Assembly (NCBI GenBank): GCA_013239625.1
Contig: MU053482.1
Location: 1,339,168-1,403,167 of the forward strand
Direction of reading: 5' to 3'
From: Lama guanicoe
Taxonomy: Eukaryota
Length of the DNA stretch: 64,000 bases
Made by a program: the position numbers and the translations under genes. Under the pieces are notes generated by a model. It was not told the DNA's origin and did not search any database. It saw only the letters and a list, made by a program, of their open reading frames with translations. This document shows positions 25,947 to 39,144 of this stretch, in pieces (the first letter of the stretch is position 1; every line of letters starts with the position of its first letter).

Positions 25947-27125
25947 GTGAGTGTCCAGGCCCCAGGCTGGCGGCCTCTGGAGCCGTGGCCTTGGCACTTC
26001 CATTGTGGTACAAGGTCCTCTGCTCCCTGCCGTCACAGCCCACAATTAGAGGACAGTGGGGATGGGTGGATGGGACCGCTCGTACCTCAGGGTGGTCCCG
26101 TATGCAGAGACGATGGCTCTCTGTCTGGACGTGCTGTTTCCTTTCGGAAACGCTACAGAGCCCCCAGAAAACCAGAGTGTGTACCCACCTTCTTTCCAGT
26201 TGCAATTACCCCACCCCCATTTCCCTCTTCTATTCCTCCTCTCTTGACCCCTTACCGACTGTCCCGTCAGTCCTCTTTCCCTCCCTCTCAGACACCCAAC
26301 TCCACCTTCGTGGACCTCACCCTTCCTCCTCTGTCCTCCTGCCCTTCTCTTCCCTGTCTCTGCCTTCCTCTCTGCAGCCTCCCCATTACCAGTAGGATGC
26401 TGTTGTGTGCTCTTCCAAGGGAGAGCGTTCCCTTAGAGAAATGGAGTCAGTGGCCAGTGGGCAAGGATGTCAGTCCACAGGTGTCCTCTTGGTGCTCAGG
26501 ATCTGAAACCACAGAGGGCTTTGTTGCTTTTCATGCACAATAGGCTGTATTTCCCCAAGAGCAGCAGCAAATCAGTGCGGCCCAGAAGGGAACATCCTGG
26601 TCCTGACAGCTCTCCCCACCCCTGATGCCTCATCCTTGGCTCTTCCCAAAGCCAGCCTGTGTGCTGGCATCTGTCCTTGGCCAGTTCTGCCATTGGCTGC
26701 AGGAACGCCACATAAGCCCTTGAATGAGAACGTCCTTATGACACTCACACTGTGGACTTGCTGCAGCTTCAGATCATTCTAGTCTGATCAAGGTGAGCCC
26801 TGGCCCCCGCACTAGAGCTGTGAATGGCCCGGAGTGTTCAGCCCCCGCTGCTCTGTGACCGGATGCCTCATTTGCCAGCAAGTGACACCAGGAGCATTTG
26901 GTCCCCTCACACGGGGCTGCCCCTCACTGCAGTGACCTTGCGGGTCGTGCTTGGTCACCATTCACCCCCATCCTTCCTCATGGGATTGTTTTTCTTTCTG
27001 TTTGAGTTTCTCCCTCTTGCTCGATGACTCTTGTTTATTTCTTTGCTTCCCTATAACTCTGTTGGGCTGGACTTTGGCCTCTCTTGCTTCTCCCTGTGGC
27101 TTCTCTGCTTCTTGGTTGGCTGGAG

Positions 27126-27158
27126 ATCGTGGCCGGAGTATCAGTGCCCCCGCATTAG
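27126..27158 (+). CDS. PPFIBP2: 33-nt cassette microexon, (N)RGRSISAPAL(G)
   Basis: Long pyrimidine tract, gag| acceptor, TAG|gtactg donor; phase 1-1 inside a phase-1 intron; resembles the liprin-beta RxxSAP linker motif. Confidence 0.72.
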   Translation: MVAGVSVPPH

Positions 27159-27582
27159 GTACTGTACCCTTCCAGGTGAGGTGGAGAGTGAGGTGCCTTT
27201 GTTTCCCTCCCCTGACACGCTCCCATTCCCGAACGTCCAGCCAGGTCCCCCTCCTGCCTGCATTCCCGCGTCTCCCCTGGGGAAGAGAGAGGAGGCTCCT
27301 TGTTGGATTTATCCTGCAAGTACTGGGACCCTAAATTCAGAATTTGAAGACAGTGGCTCACCCAGATTTGAAACCTTAAGCTCACTGACTCAGAAAACCT
27401 GGAGTGTGCCTGAGCCACCTCCTGGTCTTCTGAGATCTCAGTGTCAAGTTCTGCCCTGCAGGCAGGGCTTGGCAGACTCTTCCCCAATCCCACTGAAAGG
27501 ACAGCCCTGGCTTGGGGAGGTGATTTGCAAAAGTCACGTTCCTTCCTCTCATTCACATGTCGTTTCATTCTTTCAATCTCAG

Positions 27583-27724
27583 GAGACACAGAAAGTGGTT
27601 GGGATGACACTGCCATGGCCAACGACTTCTCATCCACATCATCGGGCACTGACTCCAGCCCCCAGTCTCCCCTGACACCAGATGGTAAACGGAGCCCCAA
27701 AGGCATCAAGAAATTCTGGGGGAG
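27583..27724 (+). CDS. PPFIBP2: Liprin-beta2 exon, DTESGWDDTAMANDFSSTSSGTDSSPQSPLTPDGKRSPKGIKKFWG(R)
   Basis: cag| ... |gtaagt, 142 nt, phase 1-2. Confidence 0.95.
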
Positions 27725-28378
27725 GTAAGTTGGTGGTGATGATCGTAATTGTGTTGCTTAGAATGAATATTCTTCTTGGCTGGGCAGAGCGTCTGCATAA
27801 CCCTCTGTTCCATTAGATGTTGGAACAGCAGTAAACACAGGGTGGTCATGTGTAGAGAGAAGACTTTGGGTTCTTTTTCAGGGCCCAGAGGAGCACTGTG
27901 AAAGGGATCCATAAAATACAGCCAGCCGCCTTACATGTCACTCATTTTAGGCATTGATCCATCCCACACACCCTGAGTACATTCTCTGCAGCTCACACCA
28001 CGTGTGCTTTGGAGAAGCATATGGATGAGACCAATTTCTTCCTTCTCAGGAGTCAGTCTGTGTCTTAAGAAATTTTTAAAGACCGAGAACTGAGGACTTG
28101 CTGGCTCATCTGACACAGTCTGCAAACTGAGGCAGCAACAGGGGCCTCCTACTGGGTAGCAGCCTTCATATTGACCCCCCACAGGGAGTGGCCCAATCCC
28201 AGAGGCTGAATTAGAGTGGAGGTGGGGTGGCTGGCTGAGGAGCTGTCCCAGGTCCTGATCCTTGACCTCCGGGGAGGCCCTGGGAAGGAGGGCCGTCTGT
28301 GCCTCTGGAGGAGGCGTGCACTGACTACATGCTTTCAGCCTACCCTCTGAGGGTCTCTGTGGATTCCTCTCCACACAG

Positions 28379-28507
28379 AATCCGAAGAACTCAATCAGGA
28401 AATTTCAACACTGATGCTCCAGGGGTGGCCGAGTTTCGACGGGGCGGGCTCCGGGCAACTGCAGGGCCAAGACTCTCCCGGCCCAGAGACCCCAAGGGTC
28501 AGAAAAG
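28379..28507 (+). CDS. PPFIBP2: Liprin-beta2 exon, IRRTQSGNFNTDAPGVAEFRRGGLRATAGPRLSRPRDPKGQK
   Basis: cag| ... |gtaagg, 129 nt, phase 2-2; liprin-beta FRRGGLRATAGPRL motif. Confidence 0.96.
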
Positions 28508-31500
28508 GTAAGGCTCCCTGAAGTCCATCCACAAAGAATTGTGTAAAATTTTGGCCAGGGCAGAGTGGAGACTGGAGCTGGATGCAGAGATGGAAGGCAG
28601 GAGCCCCTGGGGCAGAGCTTCTCAGCCTTTCCCGTTGGTCACGAGTAGACCTTGCTTGCTCGTGCTTGCAGGTGCACTGAGGTAAAGGCAAGAGGCTCCC
28701 TACAGCCAGAGGTGCTTGGGTGGAGGTGGGCACCCTGTCCTCCCCCAGGACCTCAGCAGCTCTGCGTGTCTGTAGTCCCGTCCCAGCAGGGCCTTGCCAT
28801 GCTAGGTTGAGAAGCTCTGCTACAGCCACTAGGAGCACAGATTCTGGAATTGGAGACCTGGGTTGGAATCTCCGCTCAACCACTTCCTAGCGATGAGCCC
28901 TAAATTTTCTCTATAGCTCAGTTTCCTCATTTGTGAAGTGGGATGGGGGGAGAGGTGGTGTCAAAAGAAGTGTTGGTTAAAGTTCTTATGAGGACTCTCT
29001 AAGCTACTGCACATCTAACCCTAGCATCAGCTGTCCACCATTGAAAGGTCACCTTCCCCCAGGAGATTTGGGAAAGAGGGCTTCACCTGCCTCTGGGTTA
29101 GCCTCCTCCTTCCACACAGACCTCTGCAGAAGGATGTTGGTGGAGCAGGGTGCATCTGCCCTTATCCCTCATAATGCACTGTGCCAAGCTTTCCTGAAGG
29201 TGTTACCTGGAGGGGGTTGTAAAGGAAGGAATCAAACATTCATCATGCCCTGATGAAAAAGCTTTAAAAACTGAAACTTTTCCAGAGACCACCCTGGTGG
29301 ACACCCTCTGGTCCCCAGCTTTACCCCTCCTTTCTCAGATCTCCTGCTCTGACAAGACTGTCTCCCTTCCGACCTGCCCAGGGAAATCTTTACTCCTGTG
29401 TCTTAGGGAAACCCTTTTCCATATCCGCCGCTCCCATCGTACAATCCCTACAATACACTGTCTCCAGCGGAATAGCTCCTGAAGTCTGGGTTACTTAGCC
29501 AAGATCAGGCTTCCAGGGGCCTTCCTTAGGATTCGACTGTAACATTGCACATCTAACCAAATGACAAAAAGTAAGGTTTAACTCTCTGAAATTTCTTCCC
29601 CCTGAGATTGCTGTTCACCAGTGCCACGTGCAGGTAATTTCTAAGGAAGATGTGCACAACTCACAGATTAGTTTTAGAAACAGTACAGCCTAGATCCCAG
29701 TGAAGAGAGAAGAACGTTTCCCTGATGTGGCACATTATTCATAGACCTGCACCCCCGTGGAAGGGAAGCACACCCCGCTTCCCCACCCTGCCCTGCTCGG
29801 GTTTCTAGGTTTTGCCTGGCACGCCCATGTACACACTCAGGACCTTTGCTGGGCATCCCCAGACCCATCCTCAGGGTGCCTTGCAAAGAAACCTAAGGAT
29901 GTGTAGCCCCTGCACCTGCTCCCCAAGAATCACGGAGTGGTGGTGGCCCTTCTAATCACAAGTGTAAATGCTCAGTAAACAGTAGCTTTTAGAGGCTAGA
30001 GAATCTAAGGATGTGGTGAGAAGGCAGAGACCAATTCAGAGGCATTAGAAAGTGAGCCAGAGGAGACTTACCTATGCCACAGAGAACTGTCATTTACTTA
30101 GCAACCGTCCCAGTCTAGGCACCAATGTTTCGGATTGTTCTGAGATGAAAAAATAAAGCCACCATAAGCTAGAATGATTAATCTTTGTTCCACTTCCGGC
30201 TTTTTTTAAGGATTGATTTTTTTTTTAATATAAGTATTGTCAGTTTACAATGTGGCGTCAATTTCTCGTGTACAGCATAATATTTCAGTCATACAGGTAC
30301 ATGGGTGTATTCCTTTTCGTAAGGGGGATCGCTGCTCGGGCGTAAGAACTTTTCTGAGACCCTTAGGCATTTTTCCTTAGAGGAGGACTGCAGGGTTAGG
30401 GAGCCCATTGACGGTCTGCCGGTCACTGGTATGGGGCATCCAACGTCACGAACTTTCTCTGCCTGAGGCAGAGCGGCAGTTCCAGCCACAGGGCTGCTTT
30501 GTTTGGGTGTCTTTGTGCTTTGCTAACGCCTCACCTCACCATGGATGACAAGGAGAGCGGGGATAAAGTCCCGACGAGCATGTAATTGATCATGACTCTG
30601 CTTGTGGTAACAAAAGTGAGTTTGCTGGTGGGAAAGAAAGGCCTTTCTTACTCTTAAGCAGAATGCGGTCTAACTATATGCTAATGTCCTCTGGTATTGA
30701 TAGTTTATAGATATTTAGGTATAGCCTTAAAAAATGTTGTCAAAAAATGTTGTCACCAACAGTCCTATAGGAAAAGTTCTTTGTCACTGAAAGTCTCCAG
30801 GCCCAATCCCCTTTTTCCAATGAAACTGGCTTTTTAAATATAATATTTGGTAATGACATTTCATAAGAACTCTCTCAGGTTGCAGAAGAATAAGTGTTAT
30901 GATCGTTTTTCCATCTTGCTGATTGACATTCCAGTCGGCACTGCTGTGCAATGAGTGCCACTACACCTGCAACCTTGTCAGCATGAAGTGTTTGCAGCGT
31001 TTCTTTAAAGTTCTCTAGCTTTACAGACCTCCAAAAAGTTAGATTTTCATTGTTAATTTGGTTCATATGTTTGTCATTTGATTTTTTCTTTTGTGAACTG
31101 TGTGCATATTTGCCCATTTTTATTTAGTTGTTAATAGCTTTTAATCAGTTACTTAATGTCTCATAGATTCCTCTCTGTTCTGTGTATATTATTAAACTAT
31201 GTCAAAAAATTCTGACTTTTTTAGGTTTGTTGCCTAGTTTTACCTTGATATATGAAATTTTTAAGTTTATGTATAATGAGGTTCAGCAACTTTCCCTTTG
31301 TGATTTCTTTAGTTTGTTTTAAATTTTTTTCATTTTTTTTTTTTTAGAAACTGGTTTTATACGGTGAGTTTAAAAAAAGTGATTTTTAAAAACCTTAAGA
31401 ATCATCTATTTGGCGATTTATTTTGGTTGTGGTGAGGGGGATTTTTTTTTCCAAGAGAAAACTACAAATAGTTTTAAGACTGCTGTCTCCACTCCAGTTT

Positions 31501-33009
31501 TCCCTTGGTCTACACTTTGCCTAATGTCATGTGATGCTGGAGTAGCCATGGGCTTTTTGGTGGGGGGGGTCTGACTACGGGGAAGTCAGGAGATCCATTT
31601 AGTTTGGATTTAGTGGGATTATGTGTGTATGGTTTACAGTCGCTTCATGTTTAGTTTAGTTAGATCTAGTTAATCAACTGTCCTACTATAAAAGTGCTTC
31701 CAATTTTCCAGTGTGCCCAGCACTCTGATACAGAGATTCAGAGCCAGAGATCATGTACCAAAATAAATTTGTCCTCTGGCATTTGGTTTCAGAAGTATGG
31801 GGTAGTGGAAAAAGAAAGAGCATTTGAAATACACAAAACCAGAAGCTAGTCAGTGGAAAATCTTTCCAGTCATCAGATTTGCAAAATCCTAAGCAAGAGA
31901 ATTGATTCTCTTGGATGCTCACTCAAAACATAAGTTCTCTCTTTTCAGAAATGCACTTAATAATGAAATATATACAATAAATGCACCTTGTGTTCTCTAC
32001 CATGGGAGTGGCAGATTTGGATAAATCTCACTTACATAATTTTAACTGCAGTTTGGAAGCATGTTTTGGAACATGTCAATAAAACAAGTGGTTTGGTGCT
32101 ATATGAAAGGCACTTTCTCTATTATCTCTATATTACTTACTAGCATATTCAGCCATGGCCCTGGTTCAGAGTGTGGGAAACCCAGTGCTCAGAGGACCCG
32201 AGGAGATGGGGAAGCAGGGTCTGCTGCTGTGGGAACAGCACAGGCTTAGGCGGGCAGAGACCATTCACAAAGCAGAAAATGGGAAGACTACCCAGGGCGG
32301 AGGAGCATCAGAGCTCCAAGATGTTTTTAAAAGGTCTACAGGATGGAGGCTTTCAAATTATAATCTTAAAAACACTTATTTCCCCTTGGAACTGAAATAT
32401 CCTTCAGATATATAGAAAATTTGTTTCTTCCCAATTTCCAGAAACCAGAAAATAAACAAAATTAGAAACTAATGGAACATAAAATTAAAGTGATAAAATG
32501 AGCATTGAAATTGAGAAAGCATTCTGATATTAAGAAAAAACATATGAACAAAAGAATCCCAGATCAAACCAAAAGCCATAATTCACTAACAGCAACAGAT
32601 AAACTGCAAACAAAAATAGTGAATTGGTTCCTAGATTGTTGTTCATATAAGGTGAATCATATGAACACATTAGCAAAAGATGAAAATTTCTTGCTGATTT
32701 TACATGATACACCTGACATGGGCAGAGAGGACATAAAACTCATAATATGCAATAGCCACACAGACATCAAATAAATGTTGCCAATTCAAAGAATATTTAA
32801 GATTAGCACTAGAAAACTTGAACAATGTGTAATTTTACAGCTCGTATCTAAAAGGATAGAGGTTTTCCTAAATTTGACAATTCTAAAAATGCATTCGCCA
32901 ATACCAGTTACAAATTGTGAAACTGAAACTCTAAAAAAAAAAAACTGTAAAGATAAAAAATTAAGTAATCATGCTAGAAGAAAGAGAGAATCAGTCTTCT
33001 CATAAAAAT

Positions 33010-33200
33010 ACAGCCTCGCCCCATCCACGGATCCAAACCACTGCAGATCAAATTTCCATTGGTTGAATCCGTGGATGCGGAACCCGGGAATATGGAGGGC
33101 TGAGTGAACTATGCCATTTTATATAAGGGATCTGAGCACCCCTGGATTTTGGTATCTACAGGGATCCTGGCAATCCCTGGCAGATACAGAAGGATACCTA
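33010..33200. mobile_element. TcMar-Tigger (MER2/MER8-like) fragment
   Basis: ggttgaatccgtggatgcggaaccc...atatggagggc and ccattttatataaggga...ggattttggtatct motifs. Confidence 0.7.
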
Positions 33201-33609
33201 TGTTACAGAGTTGTGGACATACAAAGAAGTAATCAAAAAATATGCACCCTAAATATAAAGTACTACAGAGGTATATCCAGGAGTTAATTAATAGAAATAT
33301 TAATTTGGATTTCATGTTTTTTCATTTGAATTAGATTTGTAATTTTTTGTGGTTTTCTTTCTTACTCTAAATACTCTGTTCCTAATGCCATATTCAAATC
33401 GTGTGCTTTTCTTAAAGAAGTCACCCCAAATTTTACAAATTCCTGGACTCACTAAACCTGGATCTGCACCTCTTTATGATTTACTAAAATTCAGGCTCCA
33501 GGCTGAGTAACTATCATCTTCCTCACTGCTAGAATGGTGCTTTTTTTTTAATATGCAAATACTTTTTATTTTTTAAAATAATGGTAATATACTGAACTTT
33601 TTTTTAGCC

Positions 33610-34200
33610 TTTGTTTTTCTTGTTGAAGTATAGTTGATTTACAATATTGTGTTAGTTTCAGGTGTACAGCAAAATGATTCAGTTATACAAATATATGTAT
33701 TTATCTATATTCTTTTTAAAAAGTCTTTTCCATTGTAATTGATTACAACATATTGATTATCCCATACTTGCAATTTATCCCTCACCCCCCTTCTCCTTTG
33801 GGAACCATAAGTGTGTTTTCTGTGTCTGTGAGTCTGTTTCTGTTTTGTAAAGAATTTCTGTTGTGTGTGTGTATACATTTGTTTGTATGTATCTCACATC
33901 TTCTTTATCCAATCATCTGTTGATGGACACTTAGGTTGTTTCCATGTCTTGGCTGTTGTAAATAGTGCTGCTATGAACATTGAGGTGCATGTATCTTTTT
34001 GAATTAGAGCTTTCATCTTTTCTGGATATATGCCCAGGAGTGGAATTGCTGGATTCTATGGTAACTCTAGGTTTTTAAGGAACCTCCATACTGTTCTCCA
34101 CAGTGGCTGCACCAGTTTACATTCCCACAAGTCTAGGATGGTTCCCTTTTCTCCACACCCTCTCCAAATTTATATTTGTAGACTTTTTGATTATGGCCAT
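33610..34200 (-). mobile_element. LINE1 3' fragment (ORF2 end and 3' UTR)
   Basis: gatggacacttaggttgtttccatgtcttggct...aatagtgctgctatgaacat...ggatatatgcccaggagtggaattgctgg. Confidence 0.92.
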
Positions 34201-35487
34201 AAAATGGTGTTTTCAGGTCATTCTGGCCCGTTAAGGAATTTCCTCACTTGAAGAACAGCTCAGCCAGGCATTACAAAAAAATTTTTTTTAACCAGCATTT
34301 TAGGAATACTCTCTTAGAAGGAATCTTTTGAATAGCTTGTCTTCTGTATTCCATGAATCCTCCTTTATTTTTAAAAATGAATATAGAGTTGCTTTGTCAA
34401 TCTCCCCACCCCCTCCAGACTCAACTGGGATTTTGAAGGTGCCGTTACATGAACACTGTAAATGAAAAATTGATGTCTTTAAGAACTGGTGGCTTTGTCA
34501 TGCCCAGGCTTTGTGTCTAGGAACATGATCCAGCTCTTCATTTATTCATGTGTTTTTTCATGTTGCTCAGTTGAATGTTGTAGTTACCACCTCCCCCTGT
34601 CCCCACACATAGTTATACAGGACCCATGTGTTCCTTGTAAAGGCAACCCCTAGCCATTTTATAACTGGTTGCTATATGTGGGATTTTTAAATTATTAGAA
34701 CAAAAGTTAGCGTCTGTGCATTGATGGTATATAGAAAATTATTGATTTGTGCATGTCGTAGAAAGATGAGTGTATGTCTGTGTAGCGTTAAACTAGCGTA
34801 CCCTGCTGAGTTCTCTTGGGCTTTCTAGGTGGGCAGTTATATCACCTGAAAAGAATGGCTTGCGTTTACTCCTGCCTTTCTAATAGCTATACGTTTAATT
34901 TTATCTGTTCTTATTCTAGCTGCAACTGTCAGACCAGTGTTACCAGTACTGATAAAAAACAACTGTCTTTTTATTGACTTTACTACAAATGCCCCTAGTG
35001 TTCCATAGTAAATAAGACATTACCTGTTGTTGACTGGAGGAGGGGTTTTGTTTTGTTTTGTTTGTAATGTTAAGAGAACTGGCCCCTCTTTCCTAGTTTT
35101 CTAAGCGTTTTCCTAAGAAACAGTGTTGAACCCTGTTTAAAACATGATTGAATTGTGAATCTTCATCCTAATGGGACCGCAGCTCTAGGCTTTGGCATGT
35201 GTGCCCGTGTGCATGGACCGACGGCACACGTGAACACAGCCTCCGGGGGGCGTGCAGCGGCCCCGAGCTCTCAGCAGCTGCAGGGTTGAGATTCGGACCA
35301 GGTGTTATCCTGGGAAACTCTGGAGTCTGCCTCAAATGAGTGCGTTGTAGTGGAGTTCTGTTCAACTAGACCCCACGGTGGGAGTTGTTTGTTAAAACAT
35401 AGTTTCCCTTTTTTGCGAGGTACTGTTATGTTCAGATGCGTCCCAGGCTCTCCCACTAATAGGGTCCTGCTGTTTCCTGCTTCCCAG

Positions 35488-35638
35488 TGATGCCAATGCC
35501 CCCTTCGCCCAGTGGAGCACAGAGCGTGTGTGTGCCTGGCTGGAGGACTTCGGCTTGGCTCAGTACGTGATCTTTGCCAGGCAGTGGGTGACTTCTGGCC
35601 ACACTTTACTGACAGCTACCCCTCAGGACATGGAAAAG
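35488..35638 (+). CDS. PPFIBP2: Liprin-beta2 exon, SAM1 start, DANAPFAQWSTERVCAWLEDFGLAQYVIFARQWVTSGHTLLTATPQDMEK
   Basis: cag| ... |gtaagt, 151 nt, phase 2-0; SAM signature. Confidence 0.97.
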
Positions 35639-35927
35639 GTAAGTGCTGAGCCCTGGGCGAGGAGGCTCCCATTTCTCCCCAAATCAATGCATGGGGAGGT
35701 GAGGGCCCCCCCATACCTAGACCCTCCGCCCCCAACTCCCCCCACACAGGAGGGTGGACAGAGGATGCCGAGATGCTCTCTATTGCTGCAGGTTGATCCC
35801 AGGGCGCTGGGCAGAGGTCTGCTGCCCCACTCCCCCTGGTGGGGAGCATCTCCACCCAGATGCAGCGTCCGGTGAGGGCCAGGCTGTCCGCCAAGATCTC
35901 ATCTCTGTCTTCATCTCTCAATTTCAG

Positions 35928-36039
35928 GAGCTGGGAATTAAGCATCCTCTTCACAGGAAAAAGCTGGTTTTAGCAGTGAAGGCCATCAACACCAAGCAGG
36001 AGGAGAAGTCGGCCCTGCTGGACCACATTTGGGTGACAC
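35928..36039 (+). CDS. PPFIBP2: Liprin-beta2 exon, ELGIKHPLHRKKLVLAVKAINTKQEEKSALLDHIWVT
   Basis: cag| ... |gtaagg, 112 nt, phase 0-1. Confidence 0.97.
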
Positions 36040-36272
36040 GTAAGGGCAGGCCTGTGTGTTCTACGTTTCTGGCAGCTCCTAAGAGTCGACAGAGTTTCCG
36101 GAGAATGTGTGCCTCGAAGGCAGCTATCTCCGTGGGACAGGCAGATGATGACTGAACTTTAGGGATGGATACAACTGGAACTCCAAAGTGTTCATTTGTT
36201 GCTGGGTTTTTTTTTTTTTTTTGGCATCAGCTTTCTCCCATTTTCATGAATTTCAATTCCCTCTTTCTGCAG

Positions 36273-36361
36273 GTTGGCTCGATGACATTGGCTTACCGCA
36301 GTACAAAGACCAGTTTCATGAGTCCAGAGTGGACGGGCGCATGCTGCAGTACCTGACTGTG
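36273..36361 (+). CDS. PPFIBP2: Liprin-beta2 exon, SAM2, (R)WLDDIGLPQYKDQFHESRVDGRMLQYLTV
   Basis: cag| ... |gtgagg, 89 nt, phase 1-0; liprin WLDDIGLPQY motif. Confidence 0.97.
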
Positions 36362-36681
36362 GTGAGGGTCCCTCCTCCAGCGTCTCAGTTCTCCCTGTGA
36401 GCACCCAGCTCCACTCCGGTGTCCCTATGGTGGTTATTTTAAACTTGAGTCCACCATCCCCCCATATTCTTAAGGTCTTAAAACAGTGTTGTTTGTCACC
36501 TAAGGGGTCCCGAGTACCAGAGCACGAACCATCGTGCCAAGGAGAGCTGTTGCTGTGTCCACGTGCACCTTCCCGACACGTGGTAGACGACCTGTCTACG
36601 CTTAGTCTGGGAAGGAGCCTCAGAGGTCGCATTTGTCATTTTGGAAACTCTGGTTCATCAACCACAGCTTTTCTCTTCCAG

Positions 36682-36804
36682 AATGATCTACTCTTCCTAA
36701 AAGTCACCAGCCAACTACATCATCTCAGCATCAAATGTGCCATTCACGTGCTGCACGTCAACAAGTTCAACCCCCACTGCCTGCACCGGCGGCCAGCTGA
36801 TGAG
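36682..36804 (+). CDS. PPFIBP2: Liprin-beta2 exon, NDLLFLKVTSQLHHLSIKCAIHVLHVNKFNPHCLHRRPADE
   Basis: cag| ... |gtgagg, 123 nt, phase 0-0. Confidence 0.97.
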
Positions 36805-38001
36805 GTGAGGGCAGGCCAGCACCTACATAGGGAGCCCCGAGCCAGGACACCTGTCAGATCAGGTGTGAGGAGACCAGAGCAAATCATTGCAAAATGGCTG
36901 CATTTCAGACCAAGGCGCTGTGGATTCGTTCCTTTGCTGGGGCTTCCTGGTGCCCCAACACCCCTGTGGCCTATACCCATGTCCCACAACAGCCACTAGC
37001 CCTCCAACTCCCACCTCCTCTGGGGAGACACATACTAGGGGCCGGAGGGCAGGAGTAGTCTTTCAAAGCATCATAATGACCGAAGGAGATGAGGAAATGG
37101 AGCAAAGAGGAGGGAGGGAAAAGACAAAGTGGAAGGTTGGGTGTCAAGGCAGGCAGAGGAGTGGGGGTGGAGGAGCCAGTAGGGAAGCAGACATGTCAGA
37201 GTAGATCTCCCTACTCGAGATAAAAAATTAACTGACCTCCAGCCCCACGTGCACAGGGCATCCATGAGGTGATTTTGCTAGAGAAAAAATAGCGTAGGTA
37301 AACACAGCAACTCGGATTCTGGAAAATTCTGATAATTTTCCATGAACCTCGGGGTTCTTGGTGGGCCCTGAAGCTACGGGGTTGTCAGTTACATCCCGTC
37401 TCCTAAGTTCCTGGAACTAAGTCTAACCCTGCTGTGAGAGTCACGCAGCTTCCAGGGGATTAAAAACTCCTACCTTTACCCCTCTCTCCTCTTTTCTCCT
37501 TATTCAACGAACATGTTTTAAACACCTACTGTATGTCAGGCATAGTGCTGGGCATTTTGAAGACCCAGATGCCACCTGCAGACACTTGGGTGTAAGTATT
37601 TTAAGGTGTGTTCTCCTGAAACATTTGGCCACGCCAGGGAGCTCTTCTGTCTGTGAAACAGTCAGCTCATAATTCATAGACCTCCGCAGAGTTCTGTTGA
37701 ATCACAGAATGAATGACTGTATGCCTTAATGGATTAGCCCCAGAGTGACCAGAGATTTGGGGAGTAACAGGATTCCAGAATCAGACATCCCAGTGTAGAA
37801 GATCCTGCAGGTTCAGTGAGAGCTTTATTTCCTGGAACCTGGGAAGGCTCCCGGGAAGCTGGCTGGGAGGCCTGGGTCCCTGGGTGTGAGGGTCGTCTTT
37901 GGCAAGGCATCGGGGCCTGGCTTCCTCACAAGGGCTGGCTCCACAGAGGAGCATGGTAGACTTTAAGCCTGACTTCTTCACTCTCCTTCTCCCTCTCACA
38001 G

Positions 38002-38127
38002 AGTAACCTTTCTCCTTCAGAAGTGGTGCAGTGGTCCAACCACAGGGTGATGGAGTGGTTGCGGTCTGTGGACCTTGCGGAATATGCACCCAACCTTCGT
38101 GGGAGCGGTGTCCATGGAGGTCTCATT
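38002..38127 (+). CDS. PPFIBP2: Liprin-beta2 exon, SAM3, SNLSPSEVVQWSNHRVMEWLRSVDLAEYAPNLRGSGVHGGLI
   Basis: cag| ... |gtgagt, 126 nt, phase 0-0. Confidence 0.97.
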
Positions 38128-38291
38128 GTGAGTGGCTTTTTGGGCTGGCCCACCTGCCTTGGTGCCACCTGGGGTATTCAGAAACTGCTTTCTTAAGGGC
38201 TAGACATCAAGTAAGAAATGATATGTGATCTGAACCCTGTGTATAAACTGAAGAAGGTATAATCGGATCATTTGTTAATAGATGTCATGGA

Positions 38292-38425
38292 GGGGGGAGG
38301 CCATAGTTCAGTGGTAGAGTGCATGCCTAGCATGTATGAGGTGGTAGGTTCAATCCCCAGTGCCTCAATTAAATGTATAAATAAATAAACCTAATTACCC
38401 CCCCCCAAATAAAAAAATTAAAAAA
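38292..38425 (+). mobile_element. tRNA-Ala-derived SINE (Vic-1 type)
   Basis: catagttcagtggtagagtgcatgcctagcatg...ggttcaatccccagtgcctc followed by an AATA-rich segment, ctaattacccc and an A tail. Confidence 0.85.
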
Positions 38426-38955
38426 GAACTGACCATGGGTGGTGGGGGAGAGGATAGCAGTAGATTTCATGGAAACAAGCAGTAGATTTCATGTGGCTTC
38501 TGGAGAGACTTCCCCAGCCACAGACCTGGAGGATCCCAGGACAAGGGGGTTGCATGAGCATCAACCGCTAACCAGGCAGCTCCACTTTGCTGCTGGAGGA
38601 GCATGGGCTGAAGAGTGAGGAGGAGGCCACCAAAATGTGACGTCCTGCTTGTCACTATACCATCACTCAGATCTGTCAATTGGCAAAGCCAGCAGGGACA
38701 CCAGGAAGGGGGGTGGCTCAATGTTGTCTAGAGCAGACCCTGGGGAACAGCCTCGTCTAAGAGGCCACAGCTCTCTGCTGGTCAGTCACAGAGCTGGGCC
38801 CTGGGCAAGGGAGAGCATGGGGAGTGGGACACAGGACAAGAGGAGGAGCTTCAGCTCCTGCCCTGGAGGCAGCCTGGCCCATGGGGGCTGTTTTTCAGTG
38901 CCGTCACCTGGCGCCACTGGTGGTCACCACTGCCTTGTCTGTGGTTTCTTCCTAG

Positions 38956-39144
38956 ATCCTGGAGCCACGCTTCACTGGGGACACTCTGGCCATGCTTCTC
39001 AATATCCCCCCACAGAAGACGCTCCTCAGACGCCACTTGACCACCAAATTCAATGCCTTGATTGGTCCTGAGGCTGAGCAGGAGAAGCGAGAGAAAATGA
39101 CCTCACCGGCTTACACGCCACTGACCACCACAGCCAAAGTCCGG
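38956..39144 (+). CDS. PPFIBP2: Liprin-beta2 exon, ILEPRFTGDTLAMLLNIPPQKTLLRRHLTTKFNALIGPEAEQEKREKMTSPAYTPLTTTAKVR
   Basis: tag| ... |gtgagt, 189 nt, phase 0-0. Confidence 0.97.

Noticed and set aside
25947..27675. 198-aa and 214-aa ORFs in the PPFIBP2 linker intron
   Set aside because: Out of frame with flanking exons and driven by pyrimidine tracts; the acceptor near 26378 hits a TAG in the required phase
30729..30754. 13-bp duplication aaaaaatgttgtc twice
   Set aside because: Trivial slippage in AT-rich intron with no further structure
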